From Podarcis gaigeae (taxonomy: Eukaryota): a DNA stretch of 64,000 bases. The stretch lies in the NCBI GenBank assembly GCA_964106915.2, contig OZ066921.1; one strand, 5' to 3'. The position numbers and the translations under genes were made by a program. Position 1 is the stretch's first letter. Every line of letters starts with the position of its first letter. Below are positions 12,640 to 26,066 of the stretch, piece by piece. The notes beneath the pieces were generated by a model. That model ran no database searches. It saw only the letters and a list, made by a program, of their open reading frames with translations, and was not told the origin of the DNA.

Positions 12640-13830
12640 CTATAGGTGTTTATAGGCTAATACAATAAGTTTCTGAGCCATGGTGAGTGAGCTGGAGTGC
12701 TTGGTCTTAGAGGAGAGCAGAAATATAGTGAGCATAATGGAAGTCTGGTGGAAGGGAGAAAACCAGTGGGACACGGTTATCTTCAAATACAAATTCTATA
12801 GGAAGGACAGAAAGGGTGTGCTGAAGGTAGTGTTGCTCTTAATGTCAAAGAGGTCATATGAATTCAGCACACTAGAAATCCCAAAAGGGATGGACTCCTC
12901 CACAAAATCACTGTGAATGGTAATACCAGGCTTCAAAAGTAGTTTAGTACTGAGGATGTACTACTGTGCCCCCAATAAAAATGCCTAGGATTAACTTGAG
13001 GTGGAGCATGACACCAATGAGAAAGCCAAAAGAGGAAGTGCTGTAGTAATGGGTGGCTTCTATTATCTTCACATAGATTAGATGCATGACTGTTCGAGTA
13101 ACTACAAAGAAGGAAAATTTCTAGATACCCCAAAATACTGTGTCCTAGAACAGTTGGTCATGGAACCAGCCAGCCAGACAGTAACTCTGGTCTTAATCCT
13201 AAGTGGCACCCAGGATTTGATGTGAGATGCAAGTGGTATTGAATTGGTTTGGAACACTGATTATAATACTCTCAAATTCAACAAACAGTGGTACCTCTGG
13301 TTACAAACTTAATTCGTTCCGGACGTCCGTTCTTAACCTGAAACCGTTCTTAACCTGCGGTACAACTTTAGCTAATGGGGCCTCCTGCTGCCGCTGTGCC
13401 GCCGGCGCACAATTTCTGGTCTCATCCTGAGGTAAAGTTCTTAACCCGAGGTACTGCTTCCAAGTTAGCGGAGTCTGTAATCCAAAGTGTTTATAACCCA
13501 AGGTGTTTGTAACCCGAGGTACCACTGTATGTTTAAGTGGAAAACTGCTGAGAAAATCCAACACCATCACATTTGACTTCAAAAGAGGTGCATCTGAAAA
13601 ATGAGGTGACTGTTAGAAAGGAATTTGAAAGAGAAAGTCAAATGGATTAAGTATCTCCAAAATATCTGGAGGTTATTCTCAATAATAGAAGCTCAGCTAG
13701 AATGTATAATACATTCAGGAAAAGTAACACTAAGGCCAAGAGGATGCCAGTTTGGTTAATGAGCCAAATCAAGAAAGCTCTTAGAGATAAGATTGCTTCC
13801 TTCAGAAAATGGAAACCTTGTCCAAATGGG
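12640..13830 (+). mobile_element. Decayed CR1 LINE, ORF2 endonuclease region (interrupted by a MITE)
   Basis: The ORF at 12680 reads ELECLVLEE..IVSI.E.WW.GENQWDTVI..YKFYRKDR, a typical CR1 APE N-terminus. Later motifs read SNTITFDFKRG and KRMPVWL..KKA. Confidence 0.85.
13286..13527. mobile_element. Tc1/mariner (Tigger-like) MITE nested in CR1
   Basis: TIRs CAGTGGTACCTCTGGTTACAAAC ... GTTTGTAACCCGAGGTACCACTG. TA follows the right end (AA at the left). CpGs are retained. Confidence 0.9.
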
Positions 13831-14059
13831 GAAACATACACACCCCTTTTCATCCAACTTGTTCTCACCAATCCCTGCCTAGTTGTTATGCTCTTCCAAA
13901 ATCAAATCAGAGACAATAGGTATTTTCCCACTCACCAACCTGGCAATCATTAGTAGTAACGCTACCTAAGTTATTGGGGATGGAAGACAGGCCAGAAGGG
14001 GAGACAAAGTACAAGTATGGCCCCATCTCATCACCTGATGTCTCTGTCCACTACCATAG

Positions 14060-14625
14060 CACCCTCTGCTGATAACACCAAGTCATACAAGGTGATTAAA
14101 ACATATCCCCAAGCTGGGTGAATGGGCATTAAATGGCAAGTGTGTTTCAATGTAAGCAAGTGTAAAATGATAGAAATTGGGGTAAGAAAAATCCTACTTT
14201 CATATATACTATTCAGGTCTTAACCGACAGTGACAACAAATTGTAATGTCGTGACGAATAGCTGAATGACATTGTATGCAGCAGCTGTGAAACAGACAAA
14301 TTCCATGTTGGGAATCATTAAGAAAGGAATCAAAATAAAACTGTCAATATCTACGGTGCAGCAACTCTTGAAATACTGTGTACAGTTCTGGACACTATGC
14401 CTCAATGATGTTGCAGAGCTGCAAACAGCAAGAAAATGATCAGTGGCTTGGAGCAATTCTTATTTGAGGAAAGGTTACAATATCTAAGACTTTAGAAGAA
14501 AGGTAAGTAATAGGGGGCATAATGGATGTGTAAAATTAGGAATGGATTTCTTATAAGATTAGAACTCAGTGCCACCCAATGAAGCTGAAGATTCAAGATG
14601 CACAAAAGGGCATCTTCACACACTG
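14060..14625 (+). mobile_element. Decayed CR1 LINE, RT C-terminal fragment
   Basis: GCTGATAACACCAAG (degenerate ADDTK) and TGGCAA..TTCAATGTAAGCAAGTGTAAAATG (WQ.FNVSKCK.M), followed by CR1-type MLGIIK and YCVQFW codons. Confidence 0.8.
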
Positions 14626-14834
14626 AGTATTGTGGGCCCAATTTTATGGAAATTCCAGCAGAGGGTGGATGGGTCCCTTTCCTGTTGAGTATGTGACACC
14701 TAATGAAGACTTTTTGTTCCATTGGGTATTTTAACTGAATTCTGTTGCTGGGGACCACAAGTGGGGGCGGGGGTGGGAATGCTATTGTGTTCATGTCCTA
14801 CTTGTGGATTTCCCATAGGGATTTGTCCTCATGG

Positions 14835-14970
14835 CTATATTGTTGCCTATGGGAAGTTCACAAGCAGGACATAAGCGCAATAGCATTCTCTCACTTGTGA
14901 TCCCCAGCAACTGATGTTCAGAGGCATACTTTGATATAGATAGCATATAGCCATCATGATTAGTAAAAAG
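14835..14970 (-). mobile_element. CR1 3'UTR fragment
   Basis: Reverse complement resembles the CR1 3' end at 28150-28290. Confidence 0.55.
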
Positions 14971-17729
14971 ACCTAGCACTATGGTCCCATCTTCATTTTA
15001 ACGACTTGTTATCGACAAAGAGACAGAGTGGCAATCCTCCCTAACTGTGAAAATGACAGAGTTCATGTTTCAGTCTGTTCTACCCTAACACCTCTTCTGA
15101 AGATTTTTCATGAATTTAATTGTGGGAGGGGTGGATAAATGTGAAATGGTGGCTCACGGTATTATGAGAGTTACTGCTTTAGAAAATTTGATGATTTATT
15201 TACTTATGTATTAGTAATTGTATTTTACTGATTTGTTAGGTGTTGTTAAGGATTATGTTATTTTGTGGATTTCTCTCTCTCTCTACCTGTTGTAAACCAT
15301 CTTTTGACTCATGGAAAGGGTGGTATAAATAACTAACAATATGTATGAAAATGTTATGCCGTCCTTCTATTAAAATGACAATGGTGGTGGATGGGATACA
15401 ATACATTAAAAACTCAGCAGGAAAAAATGAAAATTGCACCATGTGCTTCCTACCTGTTGGTGTCTCTTGCACTTCCTTTCTAGGCTCTTCTTTTCATGCG
15501 TCTTTGAGATCCAGATGGTAGTAAGGAGGCCCAGAGTCACCAAGTGGGCACAAACAGTTTGATTCTGCAGATTAATTGACTCTTTGGTGAATTTCTGTAT
15601 GAATTTTTTCACACCAATCCCTTTACTGTTTCATAGCATCTTTTGGTTCTGTCTAATAAATCAAAGATGAAGAAATAATTTCTGCATCTGATTGTCCAGC
15701 TGATGGATGAAGCACAGAGTCTGCGATTGAACTCCTCTCCAGGTAGGTCCTTGGTAAGGACTCTTCCATCCTAAAATAAGAGAAGACTACATTGGCTCCT
15801 TGAGATGGGAACTAAACACAGCTCATAAGTTTTTTTACAATCCAGCTCCCTACCTACAGTATATGTTTCAACCCACTGAGAATATAATATACTGCCATTC
15901 CATGACCCCTACTACCATATAACTTTATTTCTAATGTGTCTTAGATTATCCAGGGATGGATATATGTATAATACTTGAGACCAGTGCATTCCCTGTGAAA
16001 AAATATTTCTCTGAAAGGACATACAATGGGAGCCAGCTAGTGCAGCACCCAGGAAGAAGATATTGATGGGGTTTAACAGCATGCAGAATATGGAAAGAAG
16101 AGTCTAAAAGTCAATAGAGCATGTTTTGTGCTCCAGCACTGTAGGAAGGAAGCAGTTGTAGGCAAGAACCTCAGTAATCTGAAAGCATTGCATAATTTGC
16201 AAAATCTGAATTAAAGGACCAATGATTCAGAATTTTATTCCATTTTATGAAATACTGAATGAAAGGTAAGTTTTGGTGCCATAAGTGTTAAGTGTCTGAT
16301 TCTTCCAGTTAGGATGCATGCAAAAAAATCCCTGCTAATGTTATTATTAGCAAAGCCACTCATCTCCTTACCAGGTTGTGGCCCAGATAAGCCACCCTTT
16401 TGCGCCTCCTGGAGCCCCTCAGCCTAGTTTATAGCCCTTCTGCTACTTCTTACTTGAGACATCCAATAACTGTCTCCTCTTATTAGCAGTTTTTTTCAAT
16501 AAGGACTCAGCTATCGACAGGCTGCAACTTGAAAAATACAGCCCAACTGTCCCTGGAAGAGCATCTGAGGACTGCTCAGCTTTTAAGGTCTCATTGCATA
16601 AAAGCTGAAGTGAGTTCTTACCCTTCTAATCTTTGTCCCCTATTCCAGCACTGCAGGGATGGTCCACACTGCCTTGTGGGCATAGTTCAGGCTGGGTTAA
16701 TTAAGCATATTGAGCCAATAACCTTCCATGTTAGGATAGTGATATTCATAATTTAATGTATTGCTGCTGAAACATTAGCCTGTCAACAAATGGCACCATG
16801 CCACAGAAGTCTTAGTGCTGACCACCTTTCAGTAAAATGAGTGTATTGTTAAAGCAGGCATAAATCATTTATGGTTATGGCTCTATTGTCAAACTGTACA
16901 TGCAAATAAGCAGTAACTTGGGTAATTTATTTTGCCTTTTGGAGATTATTTTCATGATTTTATTATCCCATTTTATGATTCATAGGCACTGGCCAAATGC
17001 CATTTTGTGCCTTTTCAGTGCTTTGCTGCTATTCTGTTAGTCATCTTCAAAACAAGAGGGAATCTGGCATCAGCACTGTCACAGTCCCACCAGCTTCCAG
17101 CACGGTTGGTGGAAATCCAAGCATCTTATTGTGGATACACCATTCCATTCAAAATACAGGAAAACAGTTGACAAGGCTTTATTGGAAAGGATGGTGAATG
17201 GAAGAAGTTTTAGATTGGAAACCTCTTTGGCTAGAGACCTGTCAAACCTGTTCTTTGTACAGCCCTATGTTTATGATATTTAAACACAAACAGCAACATA
17301 GATGGGGTGTTCTACAAGCTTTCAGCCCACCAGCTGATGAATGGATTCATGTATAGACCAGGAATGAAACCTCAATTGGCTTTTGGAGCACTCTGGCAAT
17401 TAGCTGCAAGATTGCTGATGTTTCTTCTTCTTCTTCTTTTTAATTAATCCTGCTCTTCAGCCAAAAAAGGATCTGGAGCAGCTAATGGAACACATGAGGG
17501 AATGCACAGGATTCAGAATATGAAAATAAGCAACAGCAGCACTAAGCAGGCATCACAGCATCCAGGAAGGGAAACTGCAGCTGATCATTTTCAGCAGAGG
17601 TTGAAGATTGTGGTAAATCTGTACATAGGATAGAAGACTTGAAATGTTCTGTGTCCTGATGCTTACATAGCATCTGAAGTCACCCTTGTAAGATATTGTG
17701 GTACTTTTCTTGTCATTTATTTCTTTTGT

Positions 17730-19750
17730 TTATTTAAACAATTTATATACCACTTAATCACAGTAATCTCAAGTGGTATACAGGAAACCAAATACAATAA
17801 GACTAAAATGAGTTAAAACAATAAAATCAGAATTTAATTTAAAATAGTCTTCTTAAAATTTAATTTAAAAAGTATTCAGTAAACACTGGGAGTTCAACAG
17901 GAAGGGGGCCTGTGTGACCTCAACTGAAAGGAAGTTTCATAAAATTAGCCCACTATACTGAATGGGCAGTTCCTTGTGGATACAATCTGTGCATCTGAGC
18001 CATGGGGGACCACCAACAGTGACTACCCCAAATACTTCAGTAATCAAACAGGAATATGAAGAATCAGGCAATCCCTCAGGTATCCTGGAGCCAAGCTGTT
18101 ATGGGCCTTGTAAATAAGAACAATGAACGTGGCTGGGTAGCATACAGGCACCAGAGTTATGTGTTGGCAATAGTCTGTCCCAATCAACATGTCTAACTGA
18201 AGCATTTTGCATAAGCTAGAGCCTCCAGACCAGGTCCAAGGGTAGCCCCACATAGAGCACATAGCAATAACAGAGTCCTGAGTGAATCATAGCAGTCAGA
18301 CTATTCCTGTCCGAGAATGGTTATAGTTGGCATACCAGCCATAGCTAGTAAAAGGCGCTTCTAGTCACTGAGGCTACCTTGATCTTCCAGCAACAAGGAT
18401 GGATTCAGGATAATTCCCCAACTCTGAACATGTTTTTCAGAGGGAGTGCAAACCTATATAGAACAGGTAACTGGCCTATCTCCTAGACGTGGGGACCACC
18501 AATCCTCCATCTTTCTGTCTTCCCAGGGTTCAAGCTCAGCTTACTGGATCTCAACTCCACAACTGTGCCCAGACAATGGTCCAGATTTTGCACAGTATTT
18601 CTTGACTCATATGTTATGGAGAAGTAGAGCTGTGTGTCATCTTTGTACTGATGACACTTTGCCTCCCAACTCCAAAAGAGTGCACCCTGTGGCTTCATAA
18701 AGATGTTGAACAAAAATTTGAAATAGATGATAGACACATGATAGAAAGAAAGAACTGCATTGAGAACAAGATTGCACGCAGTGGTACACTGTAGTGCAAA
18801 GACCATTAAACCAAAAAAGCTATCTTCTAATGCTACTCATTGGAAACACCTTGTAGATAGCAGTAGAACAACAGTAGAAAAATGCCCCTGATACCCAACC
18901 CACAGAGCCAGTCCATAAGTATACTATGGGTAGTGGTATCAAAGCAGACAAGAGATTAGGCAGAAGCAGAGAGGCACTTCTCCTGTCCCACTCTCGATTC
19001 AGGTCATTTATCAAGGCAACCAAGACTGAGTCAGTCCCAAAACTGCACCTGAATCCAGACTGAAACAGATCTAGATAATTCATATCCTCCAGGAGCTCCT
19101 GCAACTGCTCAGCCAGCATTCTTGTCACCACCTTCCCCAAAAAGGGGTATTTGTAACCAGGAAGTAGTAGTTATATACAATGGAATCTGGGGTGAGCTTC
19201 TTCAGGAGTGGACACACTACCACCAGTTTAAAGGCAGTAGGCATCACACTGTGTTGTAAAGAATGTGTTCACCATACCCTGGAAACATCCAGCCAACCTC
19301 ATTCCCCACGACTAACTTTCACCAGCCAAGATGGGCAGGGGTCAAGAGAGCAAGAAGCCAGTTGCATCATTATAAGAGTCATGTCCACATCATCATAAAC
19401 TGAAATTGATCCCTCAGAGCATAGGAAGGCACTGCATTGGACACCTCAGCTGGAACACCAATGACAGTGGCATTGAAGGCACTATGAAGCTAAGTTACTT
19501 TATCCTCAAAGTGTAGTGCAAATTGATCACAGCATGCTGCTGAGTGCTCCAGAGACCCATCCACTACTTCTGGTACAACTAGCCTACAGAACACCTGAAA
19601 CAACTCTGCTGGATGGTTCTCTGAGGATACAATGGAGGTAGAAAAGTAATTCTTCTTTACCACCTTTACTGCTGCTTGGTAGGCAGAGTTATGTAACCTA
19701 ACAAGCATTCGGTCATCTTTGGACTGAGTTTTCCACTACCTGTGTACTTG
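17730..19750 (-). mobile_element. Decayed L2 LINE (RT domain and 3' end), with a ~100-bp interruption near 18715-18810
   Basis: Minus ORFs give GKVV.RM.AEQLQELL..MNYLD.FQSGFR..FGTD..LVAL.NDL..EWDR.SASLL and CHQY(K)DDTQLYFS (degenerate YADD). The 3' end is near 17730. Confidence 0.9.
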
Positions 19751-20919
19751 GGAAAGGGTGGTGAAATTGGGTGCATAACCTCATTGGAAATAAAAAGTTT
19801 GTCCTTATCTGCCACCATGAAATTCTCTGTAGCATTCTCAGGGTATCTACTCACTTGGAAACCTCTCAGTTTAGGAGGTACTAGACTGATGAAGTCGGAA
19901 TGAACTTCCCTCTACTCACTAATGTGCATCTGATTAACTTATATAAACTATTAGATGCATGATCCTAACATATTTTCCATGAGCTGCTGATTCCATCAAT
20001 ATCAGTATAATAAATATCATTCACTTTAAATAGTTATTGTATTCTTGTGTTGGATAACTCATATATTGTAATAATCTCTTGTGTTATGCTGATTTTAAAA
20101 AATGCTGCTTTGCAAACCTCTTGCAATAATTCCATGGCCCCTCAAGGCGTCCACAGCTCACTGGCTGGAAACCACTGAACTAAAGAATACAGATATTAGT
20201 GGTGTTGCCAGAAGATTCCCCAAGCCACTGGATAAAGTCCATATCCACTGCTGAGGAGGTTCAGGGTGACTATCCAATTTGAGGATCAGTGAGATCTAAG
20301 CACACAGCCATTCAGGATATGGTTCAGCATTATAATTACCTCATCACCTTTTCCCAAGCTATTGAATTAAGCCTAATCTTTCTGGGCAGGGCAGGACTGT
20401 TTAATTTCACCAATAAGAAGGGACAGTTATTCACTGCAAGTCGAAGAGAGAATGAAAGGAACAAGAAAAGCAAATTATATAAGCTCACTGTGAGTACAAT
20501 AAATTTTAGAAATTAGGACTGTTTCACACAGGCAAACATTGGTTTGTCACTTAGGCTACAAACATAACAGGGAGCTGCAGCCAATCCTGATTAATGTACC
20601 TGTTATGATACACATGCTTGTCACAGTAACTTTTTGTATCATTATGTGGTACACTTAAAGCATCTTAGATGCACACCTTAAGAAATGTCACCTGTGTTGT
20701 AGATCTTGCACAAGTTGTCACATTGATCATCATGCGCTATAAAGATCAACATTCCCAAAATAAATTTTTGACCTATTGCTCAATAATGTATCTTATGCAA
20801 TTCAAAATGTTTCTGGTGATGATCCACTGAACCTTAGAAAACCTTAGACTGAACATAGAAAAGGCTTAGAGCCAAAGCCAGGGTTATTCACTTTAAAACT
20901 GCTCTCGTGGTCTGGAGAG

Positions 20920-21035
20920 TGTCTCAGGCAGCAGGTGCCAGGAGAGATCTCCATGCCAAAGACTCTGGAGAGCCACTGCCACCCACAGGAGACAGTCCTG
21001 GGCTAGACAGATAACATCATATACTGCATTGGATT
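20920..21035 (+). mobile_element. 3' half of a tRNA-derived SINE (same family as 25290 and 45820)
   Basis: GCAGGTG..GGAGAGATCTC..CTGGAGAGCCACTGCC..GACAGTCCTGGGCTAGA, shared with the other copies in the window. Confidence 0.5.
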
Positions 21036-22527
21036 TCAAGGCAGAAGAAAGGTGGGGTAAAAATGAAAGAAAGGACTGTCTGGGAGGGACCACAGATCTC
21101 CTTTGCCAACTATGACTACATTTTGTGCTGCACAGCCAAAAGCAGGAGCAACTATTACTCTCTTAGCTACAGCTACAAGAGAGTTAAAGCTGAGGTTTCT
21201 AAATTGCTCTCTTGAGGTCTTATTACTTGTTGATTAGCTCCTTTTGGGGACTGCATCAAACCTTCTACAATAATAAACACTCCCTTCATTGGGAATTCTG
21301 TAACAACCTCAGCTGCCCTGCAGCCCTCTGTCCTCGCCTGGAAAAGGCAGCAACATATGTGAGAATTGCTTCCCCTTTTGGGTTGTGAGTTCTGGAAGTG
21401 GGTGGACATACTGATCTGTGGAATATTTAACAAGCTTATTGAGAGCAGATATACAAGTGTCAGGTTTGTATACTTTAATATTTAACTTCTCAATCCTAAA
21501 AGTCTAAGCAGAAACAAAAGTGGTCTGTGTACCTGTGGGAAAGCATTTAAGGTAGCTTGGTCCTTGGCTGCTGTCAAAAACAAGCTGCTCTTTGACAAAC
21601 CAAGTTCCGCACTTGTGTGATGCTGGTCTTGAGCAGCATCACCCCTCTGCTCTAGTTAATTAGTGTTAAAGTGCCAAGTACAAGGACAAGAAGCAATTCT
21701 GGAGAATACTGTGGATGTGGGTCAGAAAAGATGAGCAGAACTGGTAGGAGGTCCTACCCTGAAGATTTCTAAGTAAAATTTGGCCTTCAGCTTGGCAAAA
21801 GCCAAAGCCATGCCATTGAAAACTAATTGTTTTGCCGAGATGACTTATGCCATTATTTGGATTACACTTACAATTCTAAAAGAAAGGGGAAGGAAATACA
21901 GAATCTCAAGCACAGGGGACATTGTTCTCCGTTTCTGATATCTGTGTTTTTCTCCAAAACAGGGCACGGGGCCTCCCTAAAATCCTCTGTAATGAATTAG
22001 CCTGAAGTTATCTCAAGTCATTGCCTCAAAAGAGCCAGCTACCTGTTGGAAGAGAGGTCTGATCGATGCGAACTAAAGCAGCCGTGCGTGAGCTGTTACA
22101 CAGTGGTTAGTATTGATCAGAGCTAAAGGCTGCCGATAGGAATGTAGAGGGAACTGACAGGCGGAGAAGAGGAAAGGAGGAAACTGCCTTCGCTGGTGGC
22201 AGTCATACAGAGGAAAGCCGATAAAAAGTCAATTCCACTTAAGTTAATAGCTGCTAACTAAATATTTTGGGGGGCAGAGCCTTCCCTCTGTTCCGGAAGT
22301 GAGACATCAAGCAAGAGCTGGGCTTCGACAGATGAGATCACAGAAAGAGTTGTGATGGCCAGTTGAGCAGAATGAGAAATACGTTGGCTCCACACAATCT
22401 GCTGTTGCGTATATCAGAGGGAAGAAGCAGAAAGGTAGCAAACAGCATGGGACCATGGGCATCTGCAGGATTTTTTCTGGGATGGAAGGCACAAAGTAAA
22501 GAATCCAGAGTAATAAAATGCGCACAG

Positions 22528-22552
22528 ACACACACACACACACACACACACA
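22528..22552. repeat. (CA)n microsatellite
   Basis: About 12 CA units. Confidence 0.95.
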
Positions 22553-23291
22553 GAGCAAGAGAGCTGATCTACCTTTTCTTAAAGTTCTGGCGATTGAGCA
22601 ATGGTGAGACCCAAACAGATATGATCTCTGAGAAACAAGCATTCCAGTCTACCCCTCAGTTGTTTTTCATTTAGTAGACCCACTTTGCTTCTACAGATAG
22701 ACCTGGAATCCAGATATATTTCCATCTATGACTAAGACACTTTATTATTTTGCTGCCTTTTTTTTTTTTTACTCTCTCCAGCCCCTACTGTTGCTACAAG
22801 TAAGTTCTCAGCTATGCCCCCTGCATTTCCCTAAAAAACTCAACACATATCCCAGGATCAGCAGTGGACTACACAGTTTTGGCATACACTATTCTAACTC
22901 CCTACAGCAAAATGGGGAGCAGGGGGTGGACTCACTGGGCTACTTTGCAGGGCTGGCATAACCTGTGCTCTCTCAGCCATCACTCCATGCCCTGCAATAT
23001 GGATATAATAATAAAGGGCTTTGTCTGCATTGGAACTGGCTGGGTAATTTTTTTAATGTTCACAAACTCCTGGGAGGAGGGGGAGAATTATCTTTTTTAT
23101 ATGAATAATACTCAAATTAATAAAGATAAAAATGCCCATCTTTGCTGCGATGTTCTGTTTTGGGGTATCTTTTGCCCAATCACAGCTACATTAACATCCT
23201 TGATACCTGAATTGTTTTCTGTTGAGCAGCAAACATTTCTCTCCCAGAGAGGACTAGCAGAAAAAGGGGAAACTGCCTCCACAAATAAACC

Positions 23292-23403
23292 CAGGCATAG
23301 GCAAACTCGGCCCTCCAGATCATCCCTGACCACTCGTCCTGTTAGCTAGGGATGATGGGAGTTGTAGTCCCCAAACATCTGGCGGGCCTTTTGCCTATGC
23401 CTG
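23292..23403. mobile_element. hAT-type palindromic MITE (internally deleted)
   Basis: Perfect 14-bp TIRs CAGGCATAGGCAAA / TTTGCCTATGCCTG and a perfect 8-bp TSD AATAAACC (23284-23291 and 23404-23411). Confidence 0.9.
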
Positions 23404-23448
23404 AATAAACCTATGCATGGAGTTCCCTCTTCCAGGCAAAGACACAGG

Positions 23449-23765
23449 AAAGGCTGGCAACATTAACCCTGCGATGTGGGAATCCCTTGCAGACGACAGC
23501 AGCGCCTGGAGACAAGTCATGTATCCACGGCAGTGACCAGAGGAGAAATGACTGCTGGGAGGAGCACAGAGAGAATAAATGCCATGGTGCACCTGTGACA
23601 GTGAAACTGGATGCCTTTATCTGCCCCAGCTGCAATAAACTATGTCTCTCCTGTACTGGTCACTACAGCCACAATAAGTGCTATAATTCTCCAACAATTT
23701 GACCTTACCCCCAAATGGTGCACTCTTCCATTGTCTCTCAAGACGGATGGATGCCAACAACAAAA
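23449..23765 (+). mobile_element. RTE-clade LINE 3' fragment (non-BovB), C-terminal zinc finger and (CAA)n tail
   Basis: Translates as AFICPSCNKLCLSCTGHYSHNKC (degenerate CxxC..SRIGLxSH zinc finger) and ends GGATGCCAACAACAA. A second copy lies on the minus strand at 43137. Confidence 0.8.
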
Positions 23766-25289
23766 ACACTTGGGTTTGTCCCTTGAAATTCTCAGTCAAT
23801 GCAAGAGTGAGCATGAATGGAGAAAACAGCATTTGATTAAGATTAGGGTGATGAGGGTGAATTAGGAACGAAGTGGTAGCCCTTTAAAATTTTTTAAGGT
23901 GTGGTGCATCTGAGGTGTGGTTCAAGTGAGGAAGAAGCTCACTAAGCAGAGATGAAACTTGCATATCCCAGGGGCAGTGGAAGAAGCAAATGAGGCACTG
24001 TGGAAGGAGTATAATTTGGCCACAAAGAGTAGCACAGATATTGCTGCACAGTTCTAACATTTAACTTGCAAGCCTGTAAAAGTAAAATTTTGCTACAGAA
24101 TATCAGGGATAAAACCAGGAATCAAATTGTGTTTTGTATAGAATGTATATAATTTACACATTATATACACATTTAAGCATTCATCATCACATTTTCTCCC
24201 CCTTCTCCCCTATTGGGAACTGATCTTCTTACATGCACTGGAAAATGAAAATGGACATATTCAGGTTTCTTCCCAATTAGTTAATTGCTGGGTTCTTCTG
24301 TAATCTGCACTTGCTGAAGTCTCTCTTCTGACTTGAGTAAAGTTTACTTTTCTTTCTTTCTCTCTTTTTGTCACACACAAAAGATTTCTATTAAGTGGAC
24401 AGTTTTACAGAATTAGGTGTTGAAACTGAACATAGGCATTGATGATGCAGACTTGGGAAACTTGGATCCTGATTCCAAAGACTAGGAATAGTGTGGGGAT
24501 CTTTTACAGCCATATGCTTTCTCAGACTCTGGGTGGAAGATTCATGACTGTATCAAGCTCCTGGTTTTAAATCGTCTCAGTCACTCTTGGGTCTGCTACT
24601 ACTGCTTCCTTAATGGGTCTTGCTGAACTCAATTGTATGCTTAACCAGTGTGACTGACAGAAATCCAATGCTGACCACTTCATTATGTGGTGACCTTGCC
24701 CCTCTTTCCTTCTGTCTTTCTAATTCCCCATCCTGGGCAGTGCCCCCTTCCTAATGAGAACTCATTCAAGGTCAAGACCTTCAAGCCTTCACTTTTGGGT
24801 GCAAAGTTCTACTGTATCCCAAGAGAAATTCTGCCACTGGAAATCAGCACTTTGAAGTGCAATCTTCCCCAGATAAGTTTGGTACAGTTTGGGTGGGATT
24901 CTATTTCACCAATTAATCGCTCATGATCCATCTGCACCCCAATAGGCATGTCTGCTACTGTTTCTCTGTAGAAAGAAAACCTTCTTAGACAAATCTTTTT
25001 TAAAAAAGTAATACTGAAATAGATGCCATACCTCTGTGGTAGATCAAAAGTGGTTCAACCAGTCTCATGGGAAGTGTCTACACTGATTATCAATATAAAT
25101 AACATAATAAAAATAGTAAAAGAAACACTAAATAAAAATTGTAAATCACTTGTAGCCTCTCAAATATTCCCAGGTCTTTCTGTACCTGTTCCTTAGAACA
25201 CTTAAAAAAAACAAACGCTGTGAGGGAGCATAACTTACTAGCAGAGCAGTTATTTTACATGTAGAAGATGGTCCAGGACGTCACCAGTT

Positions 25290-25430
25290 AAAAAGATAGC
25301 AGGTGATGGGAAAGGCCTCTCTCTGCCTGAAATGACAACCCTGGAGAGCTGCTGCCAATCAGAATAGAAAATACTGGGATAGATGGACAAAGAGTCTCAG
25401 TGTGGCCGTAGAAGGCACACTGCCTTTTTC
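25290..25430 (+). mobile_element. 3' half of a tRNA-derived SINE
   Basis: GCAGGTGATGGGAAAGGCCTCT..CCCTGGAGAGCTGCTGCCAATCAG..AATACTGGGATAGATGGAC. Confidence 0.6.
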
Positions 25431-25516
25431 TGCATTTCCTCCAAGCAGCCTTAACAAAAGGCAGTTGCATACCACATAGTCAACAGTGCTCACTAATCAC
25501 AAGAGAACATCTAGGG

Positions 25517-25652
25517 CAGGGTTCCCCAAACTTGGGTCTCCAGCTTTCTTGGGACTATAATTCCCACCATCCGTAGCTAGCAGGACCAATGGTCAGGGAT
25601 GATGGGAATTGTAGTCCAAAAACAGCTGGAGACCCAAATTTGGGAAATCCTG
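25517..25652. mobile_element. hAT-type palindromic MITE
   Basis: Whole element is an imperfect inverted repeat (CAGGGTTCCCCAAACTTGGGTCTCCAGCT ... AGCTGGAGACCCAAATTTGGGAAATCCTG). Flanks ATCTAGGG / ATTTAGGA match at 6/8. Related to the element at 23292. Confidence 0.85.
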
Positions 25653-25879
25653 ATTTAGGAGATGGGAGTAAGGGAAATTATTCCAGATCTCCACAAATGC
25701 AATAACAATTTTAACCCTAACCCAAAGCAATGGCATGAGTGCAAAGATGAAAAATGAGGGAACATTTGGTCAGATTTGTATTTCCAGTTTATCTGGTCAA
25801 AAGCACCTTGGTGTGTCTCCTTCATGTCCTTCTTCCTTATTTTGATTTTTCCTTTTTAGGGTGGTGGTGGTTGTTTTGA

Positions 25880-26066
25880 AGTTACTATTTGTTTCCAACA
25901 TTTCCTCCAAGGAGCTCAAGCATACATGGTTTCCCCCCTTCACAACCACCCTGTGAGATAAGTAAAACTGAGAGACAATGACTGGACCAAGGTCACCTGC
26001 TGAGTTTCATGGTTTAATGTGGATTTGAACCCTGGTGTCCAAGATCTCAGTCCAAAACTAACAACT
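25880..26066 (-). mobile_element. MIR/CORE-like tRNA-derived SINE
   Basis: CACAACCACCCTGTGAG..AAACTGAGAGAC..TGACTGGACCAAGGTCAC..GGATTTGAACCCTGG (reverse-complemented B box and CORE). A second copy is at 55560-55980. Confidence 0.7.

Noticed and set aside
22864-23349. 161-aa ORF
   Set aside because: It has a GTG start and random-looking composition, and it runs into a MITE.
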